Made by a program: the position numbers and the translations under genes
From: Phormidium sp.
GTDB lineage: Bacteria > Cyanobacteriota > Cyanobacteriia > Cyanobacteriales > Aerosakkonemataceae
Assembly (NCBI GenBank): GCA_051013385.1
Contig: CP143273.1
Span: forward strand, 864,001-928,000
Length of the DNA stretch: 64,000 bases
Direction: 5' to 3'
Shown: positions 1-14,480 of the stretch, in pieces
Position numbering within the stretch: position 1 is the stretch's first letter
Layout of the letters: each line of letters starts with the position of its first letter
Notes under the pieces: model-generated
Told to the model about the DNA's origin: nothing
The model's database searches: none
Seen by the model: only the letters and a program-made list of their open reading frames with translations

Positions 1-1157
1 ATTTTCCTAAAATGAGACTGCATTTCATTGGTAATATGTAAAGTATTCTCAGCTAAAAAATCAGCCACTTGACCCTCATAATTTTTGTTGATTAACATAA
101 TAATGCTTTTTAAATAAAACCAATTACCTTCATATAAATTAATTAACTTTAACCAGCTTTCTTCATGGTTAGCGAGCGCGATAGAACTATCTTTTAGTCC
201 CATATTTCTAATAATTTCCACATCATATAATCCTGACAATTCTAAACATTTAAGCGGATATAATTCCTCATCTAAGCATTCCATTTCTGCACATTGTTCT
301 TGACTAATTAAAATTACATTACTTTGATGTTCAGTTTCGGCAATCATGGTGAAAAAGTTTTGATAATCTTTGTATTCAGTTTGATATTGTCCCGCCAATT
401 CACCACTAGCAAATATATTTTGCACATCATCAAGGATAATTAAACATTTTTTCTCATTGAACACATTAAATAATTGTTTTATTTTATCATCTATATTTTC
501 TTTGGCTTCTTGTTTGCAAGCATTCAATAAATCGTTAATAATTAATTCTAATGATTTGGTGAATTTTAGGCTTTTCCAGATAATTACTTCAAATTGTTGT
601 AAATTTAGATCGACAAATCTTTTAACGAGAGTAGTTTTACCAATTCCTGATAATCCTAAAACTGAAATTAAACGAATATTTTGCTTAAATATCCACTTGG
701 AAATGGTTTTAAGTTCACTTTCTCTGTTGTAAAAGTTTATTATTTTAGGAGCTAAAGTTAAATCGCGATCTATTGATTTACTATTAATGTTATTTTCTTG
801 ATCGTTTTGAATAGGTTGGGTTAAACTTTGTAAACTAAAATTACAAATATGATGATTATTTTGTTGATTATTGTTTTGTATAATAATTGGTGATGATGTT
901 AATTCTAATCTTTCAAAGGTAGAACGAAAATTAGTCTTTTTAATATCTTCACTTAATTCTTCAGATAAAAGTTTCCATAATTCAGCCCCCACGTCACTAG
1001 CATGATTTTTATGAAAATGATTTTTTTCCCCAATCTCACTATAGGTTTTTCCTTCCCATGTACCCTCAACTACAGCCCTTTGCACATTATCTAAATGCTT
1101 TCCAGTGTGTTCAAAAACTAACCGATCCACAAATTGTAAAACTTCCGTTACATTCAT
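1..1157 (-). CDS. wHTH + NB-ARC/STAND ATPase protein (runs off left edge; not in ORF track)
   Basis: Manual translation from ATG at 1157: MNVTEVLQFVDRLVFEHTGKHLDNVQRAVVEGTWEGKTYSEI... with Walker A GLSGIGKT and Walker B CLIILDD; frame stays open to the window edge. Confidence 0.85.
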   Translation of the reverse strand, partial: MNVTEVLQFVDRLVFEHTGKHLDNVQRAVVEGTWEGKTYSEIGEKNHFHKNHASDVGAELWKLLSEELSEDIKKTNFRSTFERLELTSSPIIIQNNNQQNNHHICNFSLQSLTQPIQNDQENNINSKSIDRDLTLAPKIINFYNRESELKTISKWIFKQNIRLISVLGLSGIGKTTLVKRFVDLNLQQFEVIIWKSLKFTKSLELIINDLLNACKQEAKENIDDKIKQLFNVFNEKKCLIILDDVQNIFASGELAGQYQTEYKDYQNFFTMIAETEHQSNVILISQEQCAEMECLDEELYPLKCLELSGLYDVEIIRNMGLKDSSIALANHEESWLKLINLYEGNWFYLKSIIMLINKNYEGQVADFLAENTLHITNEMQSHFRK

Positions 1158-1345
1158 AAAAGCTAGATATCGTAAAGGTTTCAAGCATTATAGCTTAACT
1201 CGATCCCAATTTTTCCTAACTTTTCCGTTTTTTAGCTTAAAACTTGGTAATGAAGATCCCGTGAAAATCCGTTTTTTTAGAGTAGTTAAATCCCAAGCTC
1301 AAGCTTAGGCTAGAAGTATTGAAAAATCAAAGAAAGAAAAATTAT

Positions 1346-2284
1346 ATGGATTTACGAGACGTATTACAGGGGCTAGTCAAAGAGCTTCTACCCGGTCAAC
1401 AAATGTCAAAAGAACATTTCGAGGAAATCTACCGAATGATTGAGGATAAGGTAGATAATGAACCTCCTCCTCGCTTTGCATTTATTGGTGAATGTGGAGT
1501 AGGAAAATCATCTACTCTCAATGCACTGTTCAACGCAGGTTTAGAAGTTAGTCATATTCAAGCCTGTACCCAAACAGCCAGAGGTATTGAAATATCATTT
1601 AATGAAATTGAAGGAGTCAATGGGGCATTAATCGCTTATGATATGCCCGGATTGGGTGAAAGTCGCCTTAAACAAAAAGAACATATTGCTATCTATGAAA
1701 AAATTTTAAAAGATGTTGATGTAGCTTTATGGATTTTAGATGGTCAAAATAGAGCGATCGCACAAATACAAGAATATCTTGAAGTGGAATTAAAATCAAT
1801 TCATCCTCAACTTTTGAACAGAATGGTTATCGCTTTAAATAAAGTAGATTTGATCTATCCGGGTGAAACTGCTTGGCATCCTTTAGCTAATTTACCGAGT
1901 GAGGAGCAAGAAGACAATATCAACGGAAGAATTGCTGATGTTAAGAGAAAAATTAGAGAGGTACTTCCTCATTGGCAAGGTAAAATTGTTGGTTACTCTG
2001 CTAATAAAAGATACAATTTACCTCATCTTTTTGATGCCATGATGGATGCTGTACCTAATAAAAGAAAATGGGTAGTTGCTTCTCGTAAAGCCTTAGCTGA
2101 TTTTCTGGAATATGTTGATCCTCAATTATTACCTCTAGAAAAAAGACGGGAAAGATTACAAAATCAGCAACCTCGACCATCAAAAATGTCAGACATTGTG
2201 GCTAATATGCCACCTCAAGAATTTGCTAGATTATCAAGCAATAAAGATGCTTTTGAAAAGTGGCTAAAAGCACAAGGATTGTAA
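1346..2284 (+). CDS. TRAFAC GTPase, Era/YeeP-YfjP-like (MMR_HSR1-type)
   Basis: G1 GECGVGKSS, G2 CT, G3 DMPG, G4 NKVD; ATG at 1346 preferred over TTG at 1319. Confidence 0.8.
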   Translation: MDLRDVLQGLVKELLPGQQMSKEHFEEIYRMIEDKVDNEPPPRFAFIGECGVGKSSTLNALFNAGLEVSHIQACTQTARGIEISFNEIEGVNGALIAYDMPGLGESRLKQKEHIAIYEKILKDVDVALWILDGQNRAIAQIQEYLEVELKSIHPQLLNRMVIALNKVDLIYPGETAWHPLANLPSEEQEDNINGRIADVKRKIREVLPHWQGKIVGYSANKRYNLPHLFDAMMDAVPNKRKWVVASRKALADFLEYVDPQLLPLEKRRERLQNQQPRPSKMSDIVANMPPQEFARLSSNKDAFEKWLKAQGL

Positions 2285-2337
2285 CAAATATTATTTCCTT
2301 ATTTTCAATCAATTTAACTTAATTAAGGAGAATTAAA

Positions 2338-2619
2338 ATGACATTCGTTTCTACACAAAATGAAATTCCTGATCAAGAATTAGAAAAAATTAGAGCAAAA
2401 TTGATTGCTCAAATTAATTCTATGAACAAACATGACTTAAGCATTATTCACAAAGCAAATATAGATTTTAGAGATTTTGTTGCGGATATTTTTAAAGCAG
2501 TTGCGGCTACTTTTGGTTATATTGTCGGTGTAGTAGTTGGGACATTAGAAGAAATTTATTATGGAATTAAAGAAGGTTTTGAAGGAGGCTTTAATACAGG
2601 AAGAAGAAAAAGAAGATAA
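2338..2619 (+). CDS. small hypothetical protein with Gly-rich hydrophobic helix (paralog 1)
   Basis: Strong SD AAGGAG upstream; clearly similar to the next gene (QNEIPD..LEKIRA.LI.QINSMN; FRDF.ADIFKAVAA..GYI.GV.VGT). Confidence 0.75.
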   Translation: MTFVSTQNEIPDQELEKIRAKLIAQINSMNKHDLSIIHKANIDFRDFVADIFKAVAATFGYIVGVVVGTLEEIYYGIKEGFEGGFNTGRRKRR

Positions 2620-2672
2620 AGTAAATAAATTTAATTGAAATTCTTTTGAATAAACAACGAACATAATTAACT

Positions 2673-3017
2673 ATGAGCTATGTTTCTAATCAAAATGAAA
2701 TTCCTGATGACGATCTCGAAAAAATTAGAGCTAGGTTGATTAGCCAAATCAATTCTATGAATGAAGCTGAGTTGAAAATTGTCTCACGCTCAGAAAAAGA
2801 TTTTCGAGACTTTATTGCTGATATTTTTAAAGCAGTTGCAGCAGCTTTAGGTTATATTATTGGCGTAATAGTTGGCACTACTGAAGAAATATTGGGCGGG
2901 GTTAAAAGAGGTTTTATCGATGGCGTTAAGCATGGCAAAACTTCTAATGAGCAAATTGTCGGATTTTTTATTATAGCCATTGTAACATTTATTTTAGTAT
3001 TGATCTTTAAAAGATGA
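2673..3017 (+). CDS. small hypothetical protein (paralog 2) with extra C-terminal TM helix
   Basis: Paralog of 2338-2619; hydrophobic tail IVGFFIIAIVTFILVLIF. Confidence 0.75.
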   Translation: MSYVSNQNEIPDDDLEKIRARLISQINSMNEAELKIVSRSEKDFRDFIADIFKAVAAALGYIIGVIVGTTEEILGGVKRGFIDGVKHGKTSNEQIVGFFIIAIVTFILVLIFKR

Positions 3018-3442
3018 GCGAATGGATACCCTTTTGGTTCCCTAAATGCCCCAGTTGCCAAAAAAGTTGGGGCAAGAACTTTCATAAAAATTGTTTATTT
3101 AATGGACAGTTATTAGTTGATCCTTATCAACGACAAGTTCGTTGTGATTCTTGTTATGAAGAATGGTATATTATGAACAGTAAATTTTACTGTTCTTGTG
3201 GCTATACCTTTGAAGCATCGGAAGTAGAAAATGCTCTTTCAACAACTCAATTATTAAGACAACGTTTAATTCAAAAAATTAATGAAATGGATATTTTTGA
3301 AAGAAGTATTAAAACTAAATCTCAAACCTCTTTTAGAGAATGGATTGGTAGTATTAGTTATGAAATAGGGAGGTTATTGGGAACAACTGTAAGTCAAACG
3401 AAACAATTAATTGAGAACTTTTTCGATAAGTGGTTATTTTAA
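3014..3442 (+). CDS. Cys-rich putative zinc-binding protein
   Basis: CPSC, HKNC, CDSC and CSCG motifs; ATGA overlap with the upstream gene. Confidence 0.7.
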   Translation: MSEWIPFWFPKCPSCQKSWGKNFHKNCLFNGQLLVDPYQRQVRCDSCYEEWYIMNSKFYCSCGYTFEASEVENALSTTQLLRQRLIQKINEMDIFERSIKTKSQTSFREWIGSISYEIGRLLGTTVSQTKQLIENFFDKWLF

Positions 3443-3488
3443 AAAAGTTCAGCCCGATACTCCAATATATAAGCTTAAATCAAAAATC

Positions 3489-3522
3489 AAAAAAACCCCT
3501 TTCTTTATGAAAGGAGGCTTTT
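3489..3522 (-). terminator. rho-independent terminator of rRNA operon
   Basis: Minus-strand hairpin AAGCCTCCTTTC...GAAAGGGGTT followed by a T run, just after 5S. Confidence 0.6.
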
Positions 3523-3538
3523 GTGTTTTTGAATAAAG

Positions 3539-3657
3539 ACCTGGCACCTTGCTATTGTCCCAGGCAGCAACCCGCCAAGTATCTTCGCCGCCGCAACGTT
3601 TCACCACCGAGTTCGGGATGGAATCGGTGTGGTTCCATTGCGCCAACAGCACCAGGA
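3539..3657 (-). rRNA. rrf: 5S rRNA
   Basis: TCCTGGTG...CCGATTCCATCCCGAACTCGGTGGTGAAAC...GCCAGG. Confidence 0.95.
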
Positions 3658-3747
3658 AAACTCGTCTGTTGGGTAAAGAAAACCCAGAAGACTGCATAGT
3701 TGAAGAGAGTTGAGAAACAAGTAGTAGAAATACCAGATGATTGTGGT

Positions 3748-6630
<2,883 letters not shown>

Positions 6631-6858
6631 AATTTGCACAAACATTTGGTAATTATCTACCTGCTATTTGTTTCTTGACTTTCTCTTTGACTATGCAGTT
6701 TTCTAGGTTCTCACTGGCTGATGTCGCCAGCATTCTCTTTGGTTTTTCACCACTAGAGGTGCTGAAGAATCAAACAATCACTCGATCTAGTCTATCATTC
6801 TCTTATTTGAGTTGACAAGCTTTTTCGGTGAGTTTTTTGGCTGGGAGTTAAGTTTTTT

Positions 6859-6934
6859 TGGTGGAGGTAAGCGGACTCGAACCGCTGACATCTGCCGTGC
6901 AAGGACAGCGCTCTACCAACTGAGCTATACCCCC
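6859..6934 (-). tRNA. tRNA-Ala(TGC), CCA encoded
   Basis: GGGGGTATAGCTCAGTTGGTAGAGCGCTGTCCTTGCACGGCAGATGTCAGCGGTTCGAGTCCGCTTACCTCCACCA; G3:U70 pair. Confidence 0.95.
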
Positions 6935-6950
6935 ACAATGCTGTTTCAGG

Positions 6951-7024
<74 letters not shown>

Positions 7025-7141
7025 ATTTTCCCAACCTGAAAATAGTTTGAAAGCCTGTCCATTCTCGTTCGACCTGGGTATGACCTCAACAGTGACCTAT
7101 TAACTTTCTTTTCGGTCATCAGTTGGGCTAGGTCTCCCTGA

Positions 7142-8628
<1,487 letters not shown>

Positions 8629-8792
8629 TGATTATTTGATTGACTCTTTTTGTTCCTAGCTGCGCTAGAAACTCTTTATTAATTTCTTTGACGAGCTTGG
8701 CTTTTTTTGGCTTTCAAACTATACTTTTTTCTAGGTTCGGGCGCGACTTCGAGTGCTTCACTCTCGCTTGGCTTTCTCTCGACCGCTTTACT

Positions 8793-8821
8793 AATGTATC
8801 AACCCTATTCGGGTTTGTCAA
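8793..8821 (-). promoter_or_regulatory. sigma70-type rRNA promoter
   Basis: TTGACA-17 bp-TACATT; boxA-like GAACCTAGAAAA at about 8727-8738, repeated in the ITS at about 6699-6710. Confidence 0.7.
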
Positions 8822-8910
8822 CACTTTTTCTAAAGTTTTTTGGGGAAGGTTCAGAAGTCTTTACTCACAAGGGTTTCAAGGTTAAGCCTACCCTCGATTT
8901 TGCTAAGGGA

Positions 8911-10740
8911 TTAAGCTGGAACCTGAATTTTTTGATTACCTGCTAGGCCAAAGGCATTATGAATTATCTGTAGGGCGGTTACTCCTTGGTCTTGGGCGAC
9001 TACACAGCTGAGTTTAATTTCTGAGGTGGCAATCATTTGGATGTTGATTTGGTTTTTGGCTAGGGCTTCAAACATCTGGGCGGCGACTCCGGGTTGTCCT
9101 TCCATTGCTGTGCCTACGGCGCTGACTTTGGCGATCGCATAGTCCACCACAACCTCCCCGCAACCCCATTGGGTCACTACTTCTTGTAAAGTAGCTTTGG
9201 CTGCTTCGGCATCACCTTGAGCAACGGTAAAGGCAATATCCCGTCGGGGAAGTCCGTCAATAATTCGACAGCGTTGGGATTGAATAATCATATCCACACT
9301 GATATTTTTGCTGGCGAGTTGTTTAAATAGGCGTGCTGCCATGCCTGGTTGATCGGGAATGTGTCGAATGGCTATGCGTGCTTGGTTAAGATCTAGGGCA
9401 ACTCCTCGCACTGGTGGTAAGGGGTGTTCGGCGGTATTCTCTTGGGTGATTACTTTTCTATTGATCCATGCCGGAGAAGTGTTCACATCAAAGGTTTTGC
9501 AGAGAGCAGAGATTGCCCGATCGCATTCTCCCGCCTCAACTACACAACTCACTTTCACCTCTGAAGTAGAAATCATCAGGATGTTGATCTCCGCTTCTGC
9601 TAAGGTGGCGAACATCTCAGCAGCGATTCCAGGTCTTCCGATCATGCCTGCACCAGCTATACTGACTTTGGCGATTTGTGGATCTACCATGACTTCGGCT
9701 TCATCTGGGGCGGGTGTAGGATGAGTGCGTAAGACGGGTGCGATCGCAGATGCTACTGCTTCGGCTTTTTTGACTACATTTTTGCTGACGGTGAAGGCAA
9801 TATCATTACTGTTACCTTCGTGAATTGACTGAATAATCAAGTCAACATCTAAGTCTTGGTGGGCTATTTCGCCAAACAAACGCGCTGCTACACCAGGACG
9901 ATCGGGTACGCGCAATAACCCTACTTTAGCTTGATCGGTATCAAACTCTATTGCATCGACGGCTTTTACCAGTTCTAAACCTTCCAAAGAACGAGCTTGA
10001 TATGCTGGAGAAACTACCTTTGTACCTGGCTCATCTGTCCAACTCGATCGCACTACTAAAGGTACGCCATAATTCCGGGCAATTTCTACTGCACGGGGAT
10101 GCAAGACTTTTGCGCCCAAACTAGCTAACTCCAACATCTCATCAGAGGTGATTTCTGTCATTAGCTGGGCATCGGGTACTAAGCGGGGATCTGCGGTTAA
10201 AATACCGGGAACATCAGTATAAATCTCGCAAAAGTCAGCCCGCAAAGCTGCTGCTAAGGCAACGGCAGAAGTATCCGATCCACCACGCCCCAAGGTAGTA
10301 ATTTCCAAGTCTGCCACACTGGTAATGCCTTGGAATCCTGCCACTACTACCACTTTACCTTCTTCTAAATGCCGCGAAAGTCTTTCGGTTTCAATTCGCA
10401 AAATTCGAGCGCGGGTGTGTTGTGCTTCGGTGACTATTCCTACTTGGGCACCTGTGAGTGAGATGGCTGGTTGCCCCATCTCCTGCAATGCCATACTGAG
10501 AAGGGCAATGGAAACTTGCTCGCCTGTGGAAAGGAGCATATCCATTTCCCGACGACTAGGGTTAGTGGAAATTTCATTGGCTAGCTTAACTAAACCATCG
10601 GTGGTTTTTCCCATTGCTGAAACTACTACTACCACCGAATTACCAGCTTTAGATGTATCTATAACTCGTTGGGCTACTGCTTTGATGCGTTCTACTGAGC
10701 CAACTGAGGTGCCGCCGTACTTCTGAACAATTAGAGCCAT
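8911..10740 (-). CDS. lysC: aspartate kinase, cyanobacterial long form with repeated ACT domains
   Basis: [20 protein letters not shown], repeated ACT segments. Confidence 0.95.
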   Translation of the reverse strand: MALIVQKYGGTSVGSVERIKAVAQRVIDTSKAGNSVVVVVSAMGKTTDGLVKLANEISTNPSRREMDMLLSTGEQVSIALLSMALQEMGQPAISLTGAQVGIVTEAQHTRARILRIETERLSRHLEEGKVVVVAGFQGITSVADLEITTLGRGGSDTSAVALAAALRADFCEIYTDVPGILTADPRLVPDAQLMTEITSDEMLELASLGAKVLHPRAVEIARNYGVPLVVRSSWTDEPGTKVVSPAYQARSLEGLELVKAVDAIEFDTDQAKVGLLRVPDRPGVAARLFGEIAHQDLDVDLIIQSIHEGNSNDIAFTVSKNVVKKAEAVASAIAPVLRTHPTPAPDEAEVMVDPQIAKVSIAGAGMIGRPGIAAEMFATLAEAEINILMISTSEVKVSCVVEAGECDRAISALCKTFDVNTSPAWINRKVITQENTAEHPLPPVRGVALDLNQARIAIRHIPDQPGMAARLFKQLASKNISVDMIIQSQRCRIIDGLPRRDIAFTVAQGDAEAAKATLQEVVTQWGCGEVVVDYAIAKVSAVGTAMEGQPGVAAQMFEALAKNQINIQMIATSEIKLSCVVAQDQGVTALQIIHNAFGLAGNQKIQVPA

Positions 10741-11103
10741 GACCGATTTTCCCCTTGAGCCTCTGGTTATTTTTGACCCGTTAAAGAGGGATTTTTAGAG
10801 GCATTATATTATGTAATGAACTTTTTGAATTTATCAGAATTTGGTAGGAAGATCAGTTAAAGTTTACACTCCTTTATTAGGATATGCAGAATCAGCGTTA
10901 TGTAGCATAAGTAGCAAATTAGTTATTACTTTAGGCTCTTTAATATGTCTTTAGCTGCAAATAATCTATCTTCTAGAATGTATTAGTCGGTTGTACTTAC
11001 GGTAAAATTATACTTATTATTAATGCGATGAATTCGGCAATTACTCGATGCGTCTCACAAATTAATCTAGAATATAACAAAGATTATTTGGAGAGCTACT
11101 AAA

Positions 11104-11676
11104 ATGTTTGTCAGTCAAAACACTGTTTATATTTCGCACGAAAACTATCTAAAAGGCGAGGAAATCAGTCCCGTCAGACATGAGTATATTAGAGGAGAGG
11201 TTTATGCAATGGCTGGCGGTACTCAAGCTCATAATACAATTACGATTAATTTAGCAGCTTTGTTGAGAAATCATGTGCGGGGAAGTGGATGTCGAGCTTT
11301 TGTAGAAAACATCAAGGTTTTGATAGAAGCAGCTGATGTGTATTATTATCCCGATGTGATAGTAACTTGCGATGAAAGGGATAAAAATTTATCTGAATCT
11401 TTCATTCGCTATCCGAGCTTAGTTATAGAAGTATTGTCGGATAATACAGAAGCTTTCGATCGCGGAAATAAGTTTGCCGATTACCAACAAATTGAAACTT
11501 TACAAGAATATGTGTTAGTTTCGCAAAAACGACAAAGAGTAGAATGTTTTCGTCGCAATGCTGAAAGACGTTGGGAATTATATACTTTTGTTCAAGGGGA
11601 GCAGATTCAGTTGGCTAGCATCAATTTTAGTTTTGATATTTCGGCTTTGTATGAAGATGTAGCAGAATTGAGTTAA
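11104..11676 (+). CDS. Uma2 family endonuclease
   Basis: RHEYIRGEVYAMAG, YYPDV, IEVLS..TE.FDRG.K. Confidence 0.9.
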   Translation: MFVSQNTVYISHENYLKGEEISPVRHEYIRGEVYAMAGGTQAHNTITINLAALLRNHVRGSGCRAFVENIKVLIEAADVYYYPDVIVTCDERDKNLSESFIRYPSLVIEVLSDNTEAFDRGNKFADYQQIETLQEYVLVSQKRQRVECFRRNAERRWELYTFVQGEQIQLASINFSFDISALYEDVAELS

Positions 11677-11759
11677 GATGCTAATAAGCTGAGTAATTTT
11701 CCCTGAGTTTGAATAGTCAATCTATAATTAACTCAATCCAAAGATCAATCTCTAAAATT

Positions 11760-12023
11760 ATGCCAAAATACCTAACTATTAACGAAGCACAAGAAAAGCT
11801 GCCAGAATTACCGGATCAGTTGGCAGATGAACTAGCAATAATCACTAAGGACGGTAAGCCTGTAATGATTGCTATGAGTTTAGAACAGTTTGAATCTTTG
11901 TTGGAAACTCTGGAAATTGTTTCCGATCGAGAATTTATGGCGCAGTTGCGAGAAGGTATTCGACAAGCAGAGGCGGGAGAAACTATTAGCTTAGAAGAGT
12001 TAAAGGCAGAGTTAGGATTTTGA
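11760..12023 (+). CDS. Phd/YefM family antitoxin (no adjacent toxin)
   Basis: LTINEAQEKL, IITKDGKPV, ETISLEEL; ATG at 11760. Confidence 0.8.
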   Translation: MPKYLTINEAQEKLPELPDQLADELAIITKDGKPVMIAMSLEQFESLLETLEIVSDREFMAQLREGIRQAEAGETISLEELKAELGF

Positions 12024-12036
12024 GAGTATTGAAATT

Positions 12037-12858
12037 TTAATCTTCTACTTTGCTCAATTGTTCTAAAAATTCCTGTACAACTCGATCGGGTTCTTCACTA
12101 CATCTGGTAGGATTGTAATATTGGATAATGGAGATACCGTGAGTTTGGAAAATTTGATCGCACTCCCGAAAATTCGCTTCAGCTTCTTGGGATGGTGGGC
12201 GATCGATCTCTAAAATTCCCGATTTACCTTGATAAAAAATCAGAAAATCAACTTGTTTGTTTTCTCTTCCTTCTGTGCTTGTTAGTCGAATTTGGAAATT
12301 AGGGATAAAGAGGATGTTAGTGCGATCGAGTGCTTCCGCTATTTTCACTTGTGCTTCTGAACAAAAATGTAACCCATTCCAGTGATAAGTTTGTTCTTCT
12401 GAGTCAGGATTAGCTTCCCAGTTATCTCTTGCTTTATCTGATTGAGTGTTATTATTAGTAATAATTTTTCGGTCTAAAATAGCTTGACATAAATCTGCCT
12501 GAATTAAATTTGCACATATTCTGGTTTCACTTAAGTTTGCTCCTGTTAGATTAGCACCATTAAGATTTACCTGAATCGCTTGATTTCCATATAAATTAAT
12601 TTTATTTTGACGCAAATATCGCCTTAAAACTGATTGAATATTATCTTTTTTAACCTTTTCTCCAAATGCTTCTGAAAGAAGTTTCCAAAGTTTAGCACCA
12701 GCATCTTTGATATAATCATATTCGTATTCGGAAGTTACAGCAATTTCCTTATAAGAGCGACCTTCCCAAGATTGACGAAACACAAGTTCTTGCACTTTGT
12801 TGAGGCGCTGATAGTTGATCGCAATTTCCACAAGCTCCAATGCTTCGTCAACTGTCAT
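12037..12858 (-). CDS. wHTH + pentapeptide repeat + Vsr/DUF559-like nuclease-fold protein
   Basis: N-terminus resembles that of the gene at 1-1157 (SWEGRSY.EIA...GA.LWKLLSE); ANLTGANLS repeats; C-terminal IAEALDR...VDFLI...ILEID. Confidence 0.65.
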   Translation of the reverse strand: MTVDEALELVEIAINYQRLNKVQELVFRQSWEGRSYKEIAVTSEYEYDYIKDAGAKLWKLLSEAFGEKVKKDNIQSVLRRYLRQNKINLYGNQAIQVNLNGANLTGANLSETRICANLIQADLCQAILDRKIITNNNTQSDKARDNWEANPDSEEQTYHWNGLHFCSEAQVKIAEALDRTNILFIPNFQIRLTSTEGRENKQVDFLIFYQGKSGILEIDRPPSQEAEANFRECDQIFQTHGISIIQYYNPTRCSEEPDRVVQEFLEQLSKVED

Positions 12859-13080
12859 GTGTTAAAGTCCCTTGGTAGTGCAGCCTTAGTATTTGCGTAG
12901 GGCATAAAGGAAACCTCTTGAGGCTAAAATATTCCTTTAGACATATATTCTACTACAAAAGCAGTAAATATTACTTATTTACTACTTAGTTATTACTTTT
13001 TTCTTACTTTTTTAACTGTCAAACCTTATACAGACTTGTTACAGTGGAACGAAACCAAGCTCAAGGCTGCCAGAACACTT

Positions 13081-13575
13081 ATGGATGATATAGGTGATTT
13101 TTTCAATCAAATAGGAGCTTTCATTACCGAAAGCGTAGTCCTTGTGACAGGAGTAGGTGCATTAGTTGATAATGCTGTCAATGAGTACCCTGAAGAAGAG
13201 CAATCCTGTCAGACAGTATGGGGGGAAAGTTCTGATGTTAATTGTAGATTAGAGGACAATGGAGAGGCAATTGAAAACATGAAAGAAGATAATATTGTCA
13301 GGAAAGATAATGACAATATTGGACGTGGATTTTTTGATTTTATATCAGGTGGCAGCAGCAGTGGTGGAGATGATGACTCTGACGCTGGATATGATTACAA
13401 GTCTGGTTCAACTGTAGACGAATCATCTGGTGGATGGTCAATATTTGGATACTCTGGAGTTGATGCAGATTATAGCGTTGACACCAGCAGCGACTCTTAC
13501 TCCAGTGGCGATTCTGGCGGTGATTATGAGTCTGGCAGCGACTCTGGCAGCGGTGATGGAGGTAGCTGGTGGTAG
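13081..13575 (+). CDS. acidic Gly/Ser/Asp-rich hypothetical protein
   Basis: Long ORF with low-complexity C-terminus; ATG at 13081. Confidence 0.55.
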   Translation: MDDIGDFFNQIGAFITESVVLVTGVGALVDNAVNEYPEEEQSCQTVWGESSDVNCRLEDNGEAIENMKEDNIVRKDNDNIGRGFFDFISGGSSSGGDDDSDAGYDYKSGSTVDESSGGWSIFGYSGVDADYSVDTSSDSYSSGDSGGDYESGSDSGSGDGGSWW

Positions 13576-13636
13576 AAGCTAGCACAAAGCTTTGCTCTTT
13601 TTAGCCGTCAAATATAATCAAAAGTTGCTATAGCGC

Positions 13637-14134
13637 TTGAAGAATAAGGATTTGAAAGTTATGCAAGCATTAAAAGAGCAAATTAGCAGAAATTTAATTG
13701 TATACCAGAGAGAAGTAGACCTAAAACTACGCGAACTTTACAACCAAGGACTACTTTCTAAAAGTGACATCGAAGAACTCAAAATTGATGTTGAATTGAC
13801 CGGAAAAGCTGTTTTACAAACCTTTGAGTCACCAATCGATTATCCAGACAGCGTATTAAAGATATATGTCGATAACCTTTTTGATAAATACAGAAGTGAA
13901 GTTGAAGCAAAAATAGCAGCTATCGAAAGAAAAAGGTTAAAAACCCATCAACAACAAAAAGAACAGGATCGCGAAAATAAAAAACAGGCCAATTTAGCCA
14001 ATTTAAATGTAAAAAAAAATATTTTTGCCCAAGTTATGAATTGTATGAATTGGGTTGCTGGACAAGTTATGAATTGGTGTGCTGGAATTGGACAACAAAA
14101 CAATAAAGTTGTAAAAAAGCGCGACAATGATTGA
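13637..14134 (+). CDS. hypothetical coiled-coil protein
   Basis: 165-aa ORF within an apparent operon; start uncertain. Confidence 0.55.
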   Translation: MKNKDLKVMQALKEQISRNLIVYQREVDLKLRELYNQGLLSKSDIEELKIDVELTGKAVLQTFESPIDYPDSVLKIYVDNLFDKYRSEVEAKIAAIERKRLKTHQQQKEQDRENKKQANLANLNVKKNIFAQVMNCMNWVAGQVMNWCAGIGQQNNKVVKKRDND

Positions 14135-14447
14135 TTTTTGGTTTGCTTTGATCTGGATGATGGTTTTTGTGCTGCCAGCAATATGGATATTGTTGGGAAT
14201 AGCCTATGTCATCAACAAAAAACTTCCTATGGGAACACCCTGGTTATCAGATTTACCTATGAACATCGGGATTAGCCTATTAAATATGATGAATAATTGT
14301 GCTAGTAACAAGGAAATTAGACTTGCAGCTAGATCTGCAATTTTAGTTTCAGGTGCTATCACAGCAATTTTTCAGCAGCATTTACTTTTCCATTCAATTG
14401 TTTGGGTAATTTTGATTTGTTTTTTGCTTAGTTTTGTAGAAGACTAA
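14127..14447 (+). CDS. hypothetical membrane protein
   Basis: About 3 hydrophobic segments; overlaps the upstream stop. Confidence 0.6.
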   Translation: MIDFWFALIWMMVFVLPAIWILLGIAYVINKKLPMGTPWLSDLPMNIGISLLNMMNNCASNKEIRLAARSAILVSGAITAIFQQHLLFHSIVWVILICFLLSFVED

Positions 14448-14480
14448 TTTTTAATAAAATACCTAATTAGGAGTGAAGAA

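Noticed and set aside
457..1308. Plus-strand ORFs 457-732 and 1105-1308
   Set aside because: Antisense to or overlapping the real minus-strand wHTH-NB-ARC gene and its promoter region
9359..10726. Plus-strand ORFs inside lysC, and similar ones inside pgk, the carbonic anhydrases, TolC and bioU
   Set aside because: Antisense frames of well-supported genes
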